From IMG/VR virus record IMGVR_UViG_3300028888_000007, positions 1 through 64,000 of that record: a DNA stretch of 64,000 nucleotides; one strand, 5' to 3'. Shown here in pieces: positions 1 to 9,302 of this stretch. Within the stretch, counting starts at the first letter, position 1; each line of letters begins with the position of its first letter. Origin of the DNA: a virus. Its lineage: Duplodnaviria > Caudoviricetes. The position numbers and the translations under genes are program-made. Under the pieces are notes generated by a model. It had not been told where the DNA came from and did no database searches. It worked only from the letters and a program-made list of their open reading frames with translations.

Positions 1-255
1 GACGATGAGGACGACGATGAGGACGACGATGAGGATGAGGACGACGATGAGGACGACGAAGTCACTCCTGAATCTCTGTCCGAAATGGATTTCGAAGAAC
101 TCGAAGACCTCTGCGACGACAAGGAACTCGAAACCTCTCCTGATGACTATGATGAGAAGGACATAGAAAAGCTTCGTGCTGCAATCGCCAAGGAACTTGG
201 TATCAAGCTTCCAAAGAAGGCAGCTCCTGCTAAAGGTAAAAAGGGTAAGAAGTAA
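1..255 (+). CDS. 3' end of a protein with a poly-Asp/Glu tract and a Lys-rich tail (5' truncated)
   Basis: Frame 1 is open to TAA 253-255 and reads DDEDDDEDDDEDEDDDEDDE...KLPKKAAPAKGKKGKK; not in the ORF track. Confidence 0.8.
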   Translation, partial: DDEDDDEDDDEDEDDDEDDEVTPESLSEMDFEELEDLCDDKELETSPDDYDEKDIEKLRAAIAKELGIKLPKKAAPAKGKKGKK

Positions 256-417
256 ATAATACCAGTGTAGTATTGGAGACAATAAATAATAGTTCAAAGC
301 CCCATAATTTATCGTCAGGGATGTAAGAGAACACCAGTACTACATTTTATAAACTATAAAGGTATAGGTACATCCTAAATAAATCATTTCAAGTTAAACA
401 ACAAAATTAAAGCTATT

Positions 418-807
418 ATGGCAGACAAGAAAAAGAAGGCAGCTCCTTCAGTAGATGAGAAGGCTGCAAAGAGAAAGGCTCGTATGGAAGCTCTTAAGAA
501 CCGTCCTGCAGAGCAGAGACCAAACAGTAAGCAAATCGATGTTTTCGATGCTGGTGATACTGGTTGTGTAAAGAACTTCGGTTATCCCGTTAAGGCTAAT
601 GGCAAGCACATTGGAGTCCTGGTTACTTCAATTGCTTATGATGGTAAGGGCAATGTACTTAGCTCTAATATAGAGTTTGTACCTGGAGATCTTACTGTCA
701 AGGCAAAGAAGAACCACGGTACCATCGTTGCTGCTAAGTATAAGACTGAAGAGCAGAAGGCTAAGAAGAAGTCTAAAAAGGAAGCCAAGGAGGAGGACGA
801 GGATTAA
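418..807 (+). CDS. Lys-rich basic protein with acidic C-terminal tail
   Basis: ORF track; MADKKKK... ends KKKSKKEAKEEDED. Confidence 0.75.
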   Translation: MADKKKKAAPSVDEKAAKRKARMEALKNRPAEQRPNSKQIDVFDAGDTGCVKNFGYPVKANGKHIGVLVTSIAYDGKGNVLSSNIEFVPGDLTVKAKKNHGTIVAAKYKTEEQKAKKKSKKEAKEEDED

Positions 808-856
808 TTCCTGGATCACCACCAATCTTCTCAATTAATGGTTGTTGTTCATAATT

Positions 857-883
857 GGCCCAGTTAAAAGCTGGGCCTTTTTT
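857..883 (+). terminator. Intrinsic terminator
   Basis: GGCCCAG/CTGGGCC stem followed by T6. Confidence 0.75.
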
Positions 884-896
884 CTGTTTATACTCT

Positions 897-1109
897 ATGG
901 ACCAAAAGGAGATTCGAAGAGAACTTACAATAGTTGCACTTATAAATCTTAATGAAGATTATAATAATGCACTAGAAGATCCTGGGATAAGCCAAGGAGA
1001 AAGAGAATTTCTTATTTCTTGTATACAAGAAATAACCCTTTATTTGGATGAACTAACCGAAAGTATGGATTCTGAACCTATAAAAAGACCAAAATGGGAT
1101 CACGTATAA
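897..1109 (+). CDS. Hypothetical protein (ATG 897 preferred over the TTG 855 inside the terminator)
   Basis: ORF track; overlaps the next gene. Confidence 0.6.
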   Translation: MDQKEIRRELTIVALINLNEDYNNALEDPGISQGEREFLISCIQEITLYLDELTESMDSEPIKRPKWDHV

Positions 1110-1477
1110 AACACTTACTCGAAGAGGTTGAATTCACCTATCTTAAAATGAAAACCTTATATCAAGAGATAGGTGAGGCCAATCGTAATGGTAAAAGAGG
1201 TAAAGCTCAACAATTAATACACACAAGGAGATATCTTTATAAAAAGCTCCTTACCCTCAAGGAAAAATTCAATAATATCCTTAAAGGTAGTGTATGTAAT
1301 ATTAAATACGAATATAAAGATTTAAATAATGAAGGAGACCATATAACTTCTAGTGCTTTATTAGTTAATGTAACCGATGAAGAGATAGAAGACATAATTA
1401 AGCTTTATTGTAGATTTCATGGTTATCAATTTATAAGGATTCTAGAAATTCAAAGAATACCTACGAAATTCGGTTAG
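1094..1477 (+). CDS. Hypothetical protein
   Basis: ORF track, 127 aa. Confidence 0.7.
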   Translation: MGSRIKHLLEEVEFTYLKMKTLYQEIGEANRNGKRGKAQQLIHTRRYLYKKLLTLKEKFNNILKGSVCNIKYEYKDLNNEGDHITSSALLVNVTDEEIEDIIKLYCRFHGYQFIRILEIQRIPTKFG

Positions 1478-1498
1478 GTAAAACTATATACTTTCGAA

Positions 1499-2050
1499 AT
1501 GGGAAAATATCCTAAAGAAAAAGTCCCAGAGTTATATGCTGCTAAGAGAGCTCTTATAGCATATCTCAAGGATCATAACATAGATCCATCGGACACAAAA
1601 AGGATTCAGACTGATCCAGAATTGAAAAAACTAGTTTATAAATTAAATAAGGAAAGAGATAAGGTAATGGCCAATTATCCTGCTCTTGACAAGTCAAACA
1701 ACATTAAATTATTAAAAATGGCTAAGGAAGACAAGAAGGCTAAGAAAGCCAAGAAGGTAAAGGAAGTTGAAGCTCCTAAAACCGAAAAGAAAAAGCAAGG
1801 TAGGGCAGTAACTAAATATGACTACCCTCAAGTAAAGGATGAAAAAACCGGTAAGATGCGGGAGATGACCAAGGACGAGAAGAAAAAGTATCGAACTGAG
1901 CAGAGGAAGGCTGCTAACGGAGGTACTACTTCTAAAAAAGAGAAGAAATCGCCTAAAGAAGCTCCGGTTGAGAATAAGAAAAAGGCCTCAAAGGATGATA
2001 AGTCCAAAACCTCCAAAAAGGCCAAAAAGGTGAAGAAGGAGGAGGATTAA
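1499..2050 (+). CDS. Lys-rich basic protein sharing a KYxYP...MREMTKDEKK motif with 5341..5880
   Basis: ORF track; motif shared at protein and nucleotide level. Confidence 0.8.
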   Translation: MGKYPKEKVPELYAAKRALIAYLKDHNIDPSDTKRIQTDPELKKLVYKLNKERDKVMANYPALDKSNNIKLLKMAKEDKKAKKAKKVKEVEAPKTEKKKQGRAVTKYDYPQVKDEKTGKMREMTKDEKKKYRTEQRKAANGGTTSKKEKKSPKEAPVENKKKASKDDKSKTSKKAKKVKKEED

Positions 2051-2115
2051 CCACCACCACCAAACCAAATCTCCTCTTATTCACCGCTTTCGGGATTAAT
2101 TTCCTGAGTAAGCCG

Positions 2116-2148
2116 CCGGGGCCAAAATAAATTGGCCCCGGTTTTTTT
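2116..2148 (+). terminator. Intrinsic terminator
   Basis: CCGGGGCCAA/TTGGCCCCGG stem plus T7. Confidence 0.85.
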
Positions 2149-2171
2149 GTTTTTACGAAAACTTTAAGAAT

Positions 2172-3047
2172 ATGAAAAAAGATAAAAAACAAGAACCCCA
2201 GAAGGTTGAAAAGGTATTTAAACCTAAAATGAGGGTAACTTTGTTGGACAATGATGGAGCTGTAGTTGGAGATCGATTGGTAGATTCTTATACAGAACTA
2301 TTAGCAGGTCCAAAATTTGTACATGATGGCCCCATTCGACTCGAGGTAACCCTAGTAAACAAGGAGGACATCACATCCTTCAAGAACTACATTGACCAGC
2401 TTAATGGTACTCTACCCCTTAAGCCTCAGACACCTGGAAGAGGAAGACCTAGTTCATCTGCTCCTGCGCTAACTGAGTCACCAAGGGAAGATATCTTGGC
2501 TAATGTACAAACTTTAGCTAGTAACGGTAAAAATCAAACAGAGGTAATTAAATACCTAAGAGAATTAGGTTTTGTATTCCTTCTCACTGAGGACTTCAAA
2601 TACTACTTCCCGGAGTTCAACTTCAATCCAAAGGATATAGGAGAACCTCACCATAACGGGCAATACCTACATTCACTATCGTGGATGGTACGTTGCATAC
2701 GTAAAGGAAAGGATCCTAAAACCGATAAGTTTGATCCTATGATCATCTTCGGATTCTCTATCATGGATGGACCTTCTAAGAAGGTAATACCTTACCTCTA
2801 TAAGGAACGTAAAGCTCCTATAAAGATTAAGGAGGGAAAGAAAACTCTATCATTCTCTTCTGTAGAGTTTACTAAATTGCCCCCCTATATGAATGAGGAG
2901 GAGAGACTTAAATTCTCTTTCGAGCAACGTCAATTACTACTCAACAAAGATAAGAAACCTTCTAAGTTCTTCTTAAGGTGGGCTCCTGATTGCCAATTCC
3001 CAGATTCTATCAAAGATAAGATTCAAGAAGCTCTTCAACGGAAGTAA
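2172..3047 (+). CDS. Hypothetical protein
   Basis: ORF track, 291 aa. Confidence 0.75.
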   Translation: MKKDKKQEPQKVEKVFKPKMRVTLLDNDGAVVGDRLVDSYTELLAGPKFVHDGPIRLEVTLVNKEDITSFKNYIDQLNGTLPLKPQTPGRGRPSSSAPALTESPREDILANVQTLASNGKNQTEVIKYLRELGFVFLLTEDFKYYFPEFNFNPKDIGEPHHNGQYLHSLSWMVRCIRKGKDPKTDKFDPMIIFGFSIMDGPSKKVIPYLYKERKAPIKIKEGKKTLSFSSVEFTKLPPYMNEEERLKFSFEQRQLLLNKDKKPSKFFLRWAPDCQFPDSIKDKIQEALQRK

Positions 3048-3090
3048 CCTACACTAACTAATGAATTATGCAAAGATTTTTTATAAATTT

Positions 3091-3122
3091 CTTGCATAAT
3101 TCATTTTTTATTTGTAATTTTG
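3091..3122 (+). promoter_or_regulatory. Bacteroidota sigma-A-type promoter
   Basis: CTTG-N20-TAATTTTG upstream of 3138. Confidence 0.7.
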
Positions 3123-3137
3123 TAAAAATTTAAAAGT

Positions 3138-3500
3138 ATGGAACAAGCAACTGCCAACATCATTAAATTGATTGCCGATATCCAAGTAGAGGCACTCAAC
3201 AAGTTAAAAACAGAACAAGTACAGGAGTTTTCAGAGGATGAGCTTTGCAAACTCTTACAGGTAAAGCCTGAGGATATTACAGAAGCCATCGATAATCATA
3301 TTCAAATATATGAGGATATGAAACAGTCTCCTGATATGATAAAACTGCTAGATGAATATCAAACCTCACTTTGCTCATACATTCTTTGGAAGATGGAATC
3401 TGAATGGGTTAACATTAACCAAGAAGGAGTACTTGGAGCATGGTCTATTATTATTGCAGCACAACGTAAGTTTCACCCTGAATATCGTATAATCCTATGA
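3138..3500 (+). CDS. Hypothetical protein
   Basis: ORF track; ATGA overlap with thyX. Confidence 0.75.
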   Translation: MEQATANIIKLIADIQVEALNKLKTEQVQEFSEDELCKLLQVKPEDITEAIDNHIQIYEDMKQSPDMIKLLDEYQTSLCSYILWKMESEWVNINQEGVLGAWSIIIAAQRKFHPEYRIIL

Positions 3501-4471
3501 GAATCATAAAACCTAAATTTGAAATACTTACACAGGAACCAAACCTCGGTCTCTTAGGTGTATTTCAAATGATTAAAACAGCAGGGCAGACCTGTTATGA
3601 TTCAGAATCTAAAAGAACTCCAAAGGAATTCGTAGATATGATCATCAAATCAGGTCATGGTGCTATGCTTGAACATGGTACAATTTACCTGAAACTTGAG
3701 ATCACAAAAGATAACTGTACTAAATCCTTTGAATATAAATCTGCAGGATTTACTAGTCACTATAATTGGTCAGATGTAGTAGGTAACATAGGTGCTAAGT
3801 ATAGTGATAACCCATACTCATTTGTACATTATGTAAAACATGGTATTACTAATGCTCCAGTACACACTTATTATATCACTACTAACTACAGGGTAATTAT
3901 TGAGAATGGCTGGGAAGAAGATCTTCAGTTTATATGCGAACCAACAGAATATCACGAAAAGAGGGTAACTGTTAGATTCACCACTCAGATAGCAATATCC
4001 AGAGAGTACAATAGGCATAGGGTTGATTCTATTGCAGAACAATCTACAAGATACTGTAACTACTCTAAAGATAAATATGATGGCCAAGTTTCAGTAGTAT
4101 GTCCAACATGGGTCCAGGAGTTATTTGGTGAAGAGGCTAGGCAAACTACCCTATCCATTAGAGAATTATGTCATGATATTTACATTGGTCAAGATAATGA
4201 TGAATGGGATGCTTTACGCTACTGGTTATTCGGTAACCTTGCTGCTGAGTATTCATATCTCAATATGCTAAGGCTTGGAAGAACTGCACAAGAGGCAAGA
4301 ACTGTATTGGCATTAGATACTCGTACCGAATTAGTACATACTGCCTTTGTATCAGATTGGAAACACTTCTTTAATCTCCGGGCTTTAGGTACTACTGGTA
4401 AACCTCATCCAGATGCCAAGATATTGGCTGAACCACTCATGGAAGAATTCAAACGTTTAAAACTCATTTAA
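3497..4471 (+). CDS. thyX: Flavin-dependent thymidylate synthase
   Basis: ThyX signature RHRxxSxxxxSxRY (NRHRVDSIAEQSTRY), SGHGAMLEH, AQEARTVL. Confidence 0.9.
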   Translation: MRIIKPKFEILTQEPNLGLLGVFQMIKTAGQTCYDSESKRTPKEFVDMIIKSGHGAMLEHGTIYLKLEITKDNCTKSFEYKSAGFTSHYNWSDVVGNIGAKYSDNPYSFVHYVKHGITNAPVHTYYITTNYRVIIENGWEEDLQFICEPTEYHEKRVTVRFTTQIAISREYNRHRVDSIAEQSTRYCNYSKDKYDGQVSVVCPTWVQELFGEEARQTTLSIRELCHDIYIGQDNDEWDALRYWLFGNLAAEYSYLNMLRLGRTAQEARTVLALDTRTELVHTAFVSDWKHFFNLRALGTTGKPHPDAKILAEPLMEEFKRLKLI

Positions 4472-4472
4472 T

Positions 4473-4739
4473 ATGAAAAATCCTAACATCAAAGTATTCG
4501 AGAAGTTTTTCGGAGTAGAATTTACTCCTTGTGAATCATCTAATATTGAGGCCTATGCCAAGATTGCTGATGGAGTACATACAGATATCCTTATCCTGTA
4601 CAAGAACCTAAAATGTTATCGGTACCTTGGTGCAGGGAAACTTTATGATGAGCTTACCCAAGCTGACTCCAAAGGTAAATGGGTTAATGCTAATCTAGTA
4701 AAAGGAAGGTTTAAGCTTATAAGATATGAATACAAATAA
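4473..4739 (+). CDS. KTSC-like domain protein
   Basis: SSNIEAYA...ILYKNLKCYRY pattern resembles KTSC. Confidence 0.55.
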   Translation: MKNPNIKVFEKFFGVEFTPCESSNIEAYAKIADGVHTDILILYKNLKCYRYLGAGKLYDELTQADSKGKWVNANLVKGRFKLIRYEYK

Positions 4740-5133
4740 TAAAGAGTATTCTAGAAAGACCGTTGGTATTGCCTGCGGTCTTTTATTATTTGCATATATT
4801 GGAGCTTACCATTATTTAATAAGTGAAGGTAATAAAAAACCCATATATAGTAAAAGGCCTAATATAGAATTGTCTCAACATACCAGTAATATTAATAGCG
4901 GACCATGTGCACGAAAAATAATAAAGAGTATAAAGGTTGTCCCAACTACAGAGACCTACGAAGTATCACAGTGGATAACCTCTGGAGATTGGAGCCACGA
5001 TAACTATCCGTTAACAATAACTATACCTTCTCAAAAGGTAATCATGGATATTGACTATGTGGAGGACCATTGGGATGACTTTATATCGGATCCTGAAGAT
5101 GAAATCCTATATCCTCCAGATATATTCCAATAG
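4726..5133 (+). CDS. Hypothetical protein with N-terminal membrane anchor
   Basis: VGIACGLLLFAYIGAY hydrophobic segment. Confidence 0.65.
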   Translation: MNTNNKEYSRKTVGIACGLLLFAYIGAYHYLISEGNKKPIYSKRPNIELSQHTSNINSGPCARKIIKSIKVVPTTETYEVSQWITSGDWSHDNYPLTITIPSQKVIMDIDYVEDHWDDFISDPEDEILYPPDIFQ

Positions 5134-5182
5134 GCAATCCAAATGGAAAACCTCACATTTTTTAAAATTTTTCGATAAAAAA

Positions 5183-5214
5183 TTTGCATATATAAAAAAT
5201 AATATGTAATTTTG
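5183..5214 (+). promoter_or_regulatory. Bacteroidota sigma-A-type promoter
   Basis: TTTG-N20-TAATTTTG. Confidence 0.85.
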
Positions 5215-5340
5215 CATTGATAAAAATATTTAATAAATCCTAAGTTAAGGAACTGCAAGGAAGCCTTACACAAAAGATCCTTCAATAATTAACATTAGTC
5301 ACGGGCATAAAAACCCATTAACCATTTAACTCGTTTAGTT

Positions 5341-5880
5341 ATGAAAACGAAAAAGAACAACACCAAGAAGGAGCAGATCACTGCTCAGGTAGAGAACCAG
5401 GAAATCGTTGCCAATGCAACGGAAGTTACTAACCCAACTTCTTCTCAGGAGGAGACCTCTATCAAGGAGAATCTCGAAGCCATTGCTTCAGGGAAGAAGA
5501 ACAAGAAATCAAAGAAGGATAAGAAGACCAAGAAGGCTGAAGTCATCGAAGTTCCAGTTGCCGAGTCCAAGAAGAAGAAGGACAAGGTAGTCAAGGACGT
5601 TGCCAAGAAACAGAAGGCATCTATCAAGGAGAAGGTAGTATCTGAGAGGGAGGTCAAGTACATCTATCCACTCAAGGAGGACGAGGAAACTGGAGAAATG
5701 AGGGAGATGACCAAGGACGAGAAGAAGTCCTGGAGACAATCTACCCGTAACGAATATCGTTCACTTGAACGGGAGATGAACAGATTCATCCAGGATCAGA
5801 GCTCTAAGGAATACAAGGCAGCTAAGAAGGCATTCGATGACTATGCTGCTCAAGTACTCAAACCGGGAATGGCAATCTAA
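5341..5880 (+). CDS. Lys/Glu-rich protein, paralogous motif to 1499..2050
   Basis: VKYIYPLKEDEETGEMREMTKDEKK. Confidence 0.8.
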   Translation: MKTKKNNTKKEQITAQVENQEIVANATEVTNPTSSQEETSIKENLEAIASGKKNKKSKKDKKTKKAEVIEVPVAESKKKKDKVVKDVAKKQKASIKEKVVSEREVKYIYPLKEDEETGEMREMTKDEKKSWRQSTRNEYRSLEREMNRFIQDQSSKEYKAAKKAFDDYAAQVLKPGMAI

Positions 5881-6217
5881 TCCATTCCCTAATCTTCTGA
5901 TTATGGCAACATCTGCTCCGAGATATCATATTTTTACTGAGAAGGAACTGAAGAAGAGTCTCAAGGAGCTCATCGAGCTACATAAGAGATGTATCAAAAG
6001 CTACTTAGTATCTAAAGATGTTAAGTATAAAACTAGGAAGAAGTTTGACAGGCTGTATGATTATTATATTAATAACTCTAACATTCGTGATTTCTTCTTC
6101 CTACCTATAGCTATCTTCGTTCAAGCAGCAGTAAAGAACCAGTTAGAAAATGTAAGAACTTATGCTCACCGAGAAAATAAAACTAAGAAGCGTAAAAGTA
6201 GAGTACGTAAAGGGTAA
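5837..6217 (+). CDS. Hypothetical protein (start uncertain)
   Basis: ORF track. Confidence 0.6.
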   Translation: MTMLLKYSNREWQSNPFPNLLIMATSAPRYHIFTEKELKKSLKELIELHKRCIKSYLVSKDVKYKTRKKFDRLYDYYINNSNIRDFFFLPIAIFVQAAVKNQLENVRTYAHRENKTKKRKSRVRKG

Positions 6218-6473
6218 ATATGCCTTCAAACAACGTGTAAACGTACTGAGTGAGTGTGATAAATATCACATAGAGTTTTCTGGACCAATATCTACATTTC
6301 AAAGAGATCCAGATAGTATACTTACTTTATATGATGTTGAGAGACGTCGTGGGAGACTAGATAAGGAATCTAGAGATGTCCTTAAAGGTCTCCAAATGAA
6401 TCTCAATAATACTAAGATAATTGAATCAAAAGGTGTAACCCACGTAATTATATACGAATGTTTAAACAAGTAA
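6162..6473 (+). CDS. Hypothetical protein
   Basis: ORF track; overlapping operon. Confidence 0.6.
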   Translation: MLTEKIKLRSVKVEYVKGKYAFKQRVNVLSECDKYHIEFSGPISTFQRDPDSILTLYDVERRRGRLDKESRDVLKGLQMNLNNTKIIESKGVTHVIIYECLNK

Positions 6474-6874
6474 CATACAACACCTATATCGGCAAAGGTA
6501 AACTTAGTCTGGTAAAAGACCATCAATTTATCAATGGTTCTACGAAAATAGGAGATATTGCCTATCCTGTAGTGATACTTGATAAAGATAGAGATAATCT
6601 TAAATGGCCTGACTATTACCTTATGGGACTTTATATAAGTCCTACTGAAGAAGATCCTGTAGAAATGTTCCAGGTAGTAAAACCCTATGAAACTTGTATT
6701 CATCATCTGTATATTACTGGTATACCAAAGGGAGCTAAGAGTTTAAAACCATTTAGATTACAAGATTGCATCTGGTCCTCTTACTATGAGGATAATCTAC
6801 ACGGATTCTTATTTCAAATCGTTAAAAGTGACACAATTTTAAAACTACAAGAAGAAAATGAAACTATCAGCTGA
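6458..6874 (+). CDS. Hypothetical protein
   Basis: ORF track. Confidence 0.7.
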   Translation: MFKQVTYNTYIGKGKLSLVKDHQFINGSTKIGDIAYPVVILDKDRDNLKWPDYYLMGLYISPTEEDPVEMFQVVKPYETCIHHLYITGIPKGAKSLKPFRLQDCIWSSYYEDNLHGFLFQIVKSDTILKLQEENETIS

Positions 6875-7310
6875 AGAATATTGCCAGTTGTTCCGAATGG
6901 ACCAACCACATTTTAATTTCAATCGTCAGGATTTTATCAAACGCTTTGGCCTTGATTTCCTTGATTCACTCAGGTATTCTGAAGATTATAATCCTAGTAC
7001 TGGGTACCTTAAGTACAGGGCCTTCAAAAAGGAGGTTGCCCAAGCCCAAAAGGTATTCAATGAGATCTCTGCCCAAGTTGAGGAGGCTGGTAAAAAGCCA
7101 CTCTCCAAAGGCCTCTGGAATGTATTCTATGCTTCCTACGTAATAGAATCTCGTAAGGCTTTATTTAAGGATGTACAGGACAGGATTGATCACAAGAAAA
7201 AGGTTGCTGCTGCCCAATGGGCACCCCTAAAAGGTTTATCCGAAAAATTACATTCCGATGAAGACAAGACAAAAATTAAACCTTCGAAAAAAGGAAAGCG
7301 AAATCCTTGA
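6858..7310 (+). CDS. Hypothetical protein
   Basis: ORF track. Confidence 0.7.
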   Translation: MKLSAEEYCQLFRMDQPHFNFNRQDFIKRFGLDFLDSLRYSEDYNPSTGYLKYRAFKKEVAQAQKVFNEISAQVEEAGKKPLSKGLWNVFYASYVIESRKALFKDVQDRIDHKKKVAAAQWAPLKGLSEKLHSDEDKTKIKPSKKGKRNP

Positions 7311-7587
7311 ACTCGGAGGCAATCATTTCAAGGTAGGGCCTTTTTATAGGCTTTACCTTGATTTTCCGTTTAAAACCGGAGATCAATCCTTTACTCGGGA
7401 TTTATATTCCGATAAACCATTTAACCTTATACATACAAGCAAAGGAAATTGGTACGCAGTATTCTATATTCCTGAACTTGATATGTATTTACTTAAACAA
7501 TTACAATGGCTAGAATATAGGGAAGACGTAGATATATACAAATCTTATTTATATGGTAGGTATGGCAAAAAAAGAAAACCTTTATAG
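7258..7587 (+). CDS. Hypothetical protein
   Basis: ORF track. Confidence 0.55.
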   Translation: MKTRQKLNLRKKESEILELGGNHFKVGPFYRLYLDFPFKTGDQSFTRDLYSDKPFNLIHTSKGNWYAVFYIPELDMYLLKQLQWLEYREDVDIYKSYLYGRYGKKRKPL

Positions 7588-8452
7588 ATTCCCAAGACCT
7601 ATGGGGACTACTGCTCTTGCTCTTCAGTATCAGCAGAATAAAACAAAGGAGAATAAAGAGGCCCTTTATAATTATATAATCCATAATTGGATCCTGAGTA
7701 ATGGTAAATTTGGTAATGTACCCATGGATATTAATACCTTAGCAAGAATCTTAGGTATTACTATAGAGTACATCCAACTTTATATGCGTGACCATATACT
7801 TACATCAAAGATATGGCAACCTGAAATCCAACAGGATCTAATAAATGGTCTGCTTGGCCAACAATTGTCGTGGGCTTTAGAGGATAGGATGGAAGTAATG
7901 CAACAAGTTGAGATATTGAAAAATTCTCAAAATGGCCACTATACTCCATTTATCTCAGCAGAGCTTAATAAAGCCCTTAAATTAAGGCTTGAAACTTCTG
8001 CTTCATTACAGCAAGTTATTCGTACTTTTACCGGAGGAAGTACTACTAATATATTTAACCTCAATCAACAAAATAATGTCCAGCAAAATAATTATATTAG
8101 CAGAGACGAAGCCATGGAACTTATCACAGAATCCAAGGCTTTTTTGCAAGATAAATCAGAGCAAGCCAAATACCTCGAAAGTAACTATGATCTAAAATCA
8201 TTACCATCCATAGTAGCAAATGAGGATATGGATAACGATGGTTCTACCTTTAATGTAAATAGACAGGAATTAGATGAAATTACTCAAGATTATAAAGGAG
8301 CCATAGAATCTTCTTCTAAAGCTAGACATGAAATGCGTAGGGAGATAGAGATGAGAATAGATCAAAATGCTGAAGATCCCGAGTTTGATACCTATGAGGA
8401 GGAGGTACCTGATCCAGAACCAATCTCAATATCAGAACAATTTTTAACCTAA
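7553..8452 (+). CDS. HTH-containing protein, possible terminase small subunit
   Basis: INTLARILGITIEYI helix-turn-helix-like segment; TNIFNLNQQNNVQQNN stretch; function is inference. Confidence 0.4.
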   Translation: MVGMAKKENLYRFPRPMGTTALALQYQQNKTKENKEALYNYIIHNWILSNGKFGNVPMDINTLARILGITIEYIQLYMRDHILTSKIWQPEIQQDLINGLLGQQLSWALEDRMEVMQQVEILKNSQNGHYTPFISAELNKALKLRLETSASLQQVIRTFTGGSTTNIFNLNQQNNVQQNNYISRDEAMELITESKAFLQDKSEQAKYLESNYDLKSLPSIVANEDMDNDGSTFNVNRQELDEITQDYKGAIESSSKARHEMRREIEMRIDQNAEDPEFDTYEEEVPDPEPISISEQFLT

Positions 8453-8476
8453 TGGCTTCAATTGGTTATTATAGGT

Positions 8477-8508
8477 TTTGCATAATTAAAAATAATTTTG
8501 TAATTTTG
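8477..8508 (+). promoter_or_regulatory. Bacteroidota sigma-A-type promoter
   Basis: TTTG-cataattaaaaataattttg-TAATTTTG. Confidence 0.9.
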
Positions 8509-8551
8509 CATTGATAAAATAATATTTATAAACCTTATAAACAACAACATT

Positions 8552-8905
8552 ATGGAACAACAAGAAACAACTATGGTAGAGTGCATCCTTAGAATACAGA
8601 ATGCTAACTTTAACAAAGACCTCAAGGTAGACATAAGATGGGATCTATTGGACGATGACTCCTGGGAGTTCCAAGACATTTACAATGGAGCAAGCCAAAC
8701 TTTGTTACAGAAGTACTTGCCTCAAATGAAAGCCGAAGGTACTAAGATATCATTGCTTAGACCATTTGATATCAAACAGGATGACTTCATAGGATTTATG
8801 GAGGAAGCTGATGTCAATAAGGCTTCTGCAGATATCAAAGCTATCCTTGAAGGCTTACCAGAAGATAAACGAAAGAAGTTACTTGCTCAACTAAAAGACA
8901 AGTAA
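8552..8905 (+). CDS. Early hypothetical protein
   Basis: ORF track; directly downstream of a promoter. Confidence 0.8.
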   Translation: MEQQETTMVECILRIQNANFNKDLKVDIRWDLLDDDSWEFQDIYNGASQTLLQKYLPQMKAEGTKISLLRPFDIKQDDFIGFMEEADVNKASADIKAILEGLPEDKRKKLLAQLKDK

Positions 8906-8978
8906 TACCTTAAGCGGACCATGTGCATAATGACTATATGATATTACATATACGGTTAACGATAATTAAAAACTTACC

Positions 8979-9110
8979 CAGCAACTCAACCTGTGAAGGC
9001 GATGCTGAATTTTTCTAATTGTAAAGGCCTTCTTTGGGACAATAGGAATCCGTCCCAAGTTGTGCAATTTCTGCCAATGTCCTTTGCTTGCGAAAGTAGA
9101 GGGCATTTTT
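8979..9110 (+). ncRNA. Candidate structured small RNA (three hairpins, two GNRA loops)
   Basis: Stems 8979-9007, 9034-9058 and 9077-9106 with GU pairs, followed by a T run. Confidence 0.35.
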
Positions 9111-9226
9111 CTAGAATAAACTAGAATCTATTCTTTCTAAGTTTTATGCAAACTTATTCTAAAACTACTAGAGGCATACCTAACATTGCCTATACCTAAG
9201 AAAATATTATTTTATACATTATTTTA

Positions 9227-9258
9227 TTTGCATAATTAAAAATAATTTTGTAATTTTG
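9227..9258 (+). promoter_or_regulatory. Bacteroidota sigma-A-type promoter
   Basis: Core identical to 8477-8508. Confidence 0.9.
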
Positions 9259-9302
9259 CATTGATAAAATAATATTTATAAACTTTATAAACATTACACA
9301 AT

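Noticed and set aside
1-60. GACGATGAG tandem repeat as a satellite or CRISPR
   Set aside because: It is the codon repeat of an in-frame poly-Asp/Glu tract
8919-8950. Resemblance to a Xer dif site (GTGCATAATG...)
   Set aside because: Only the left arm matches partly; the XerD arm and spacer do not fit
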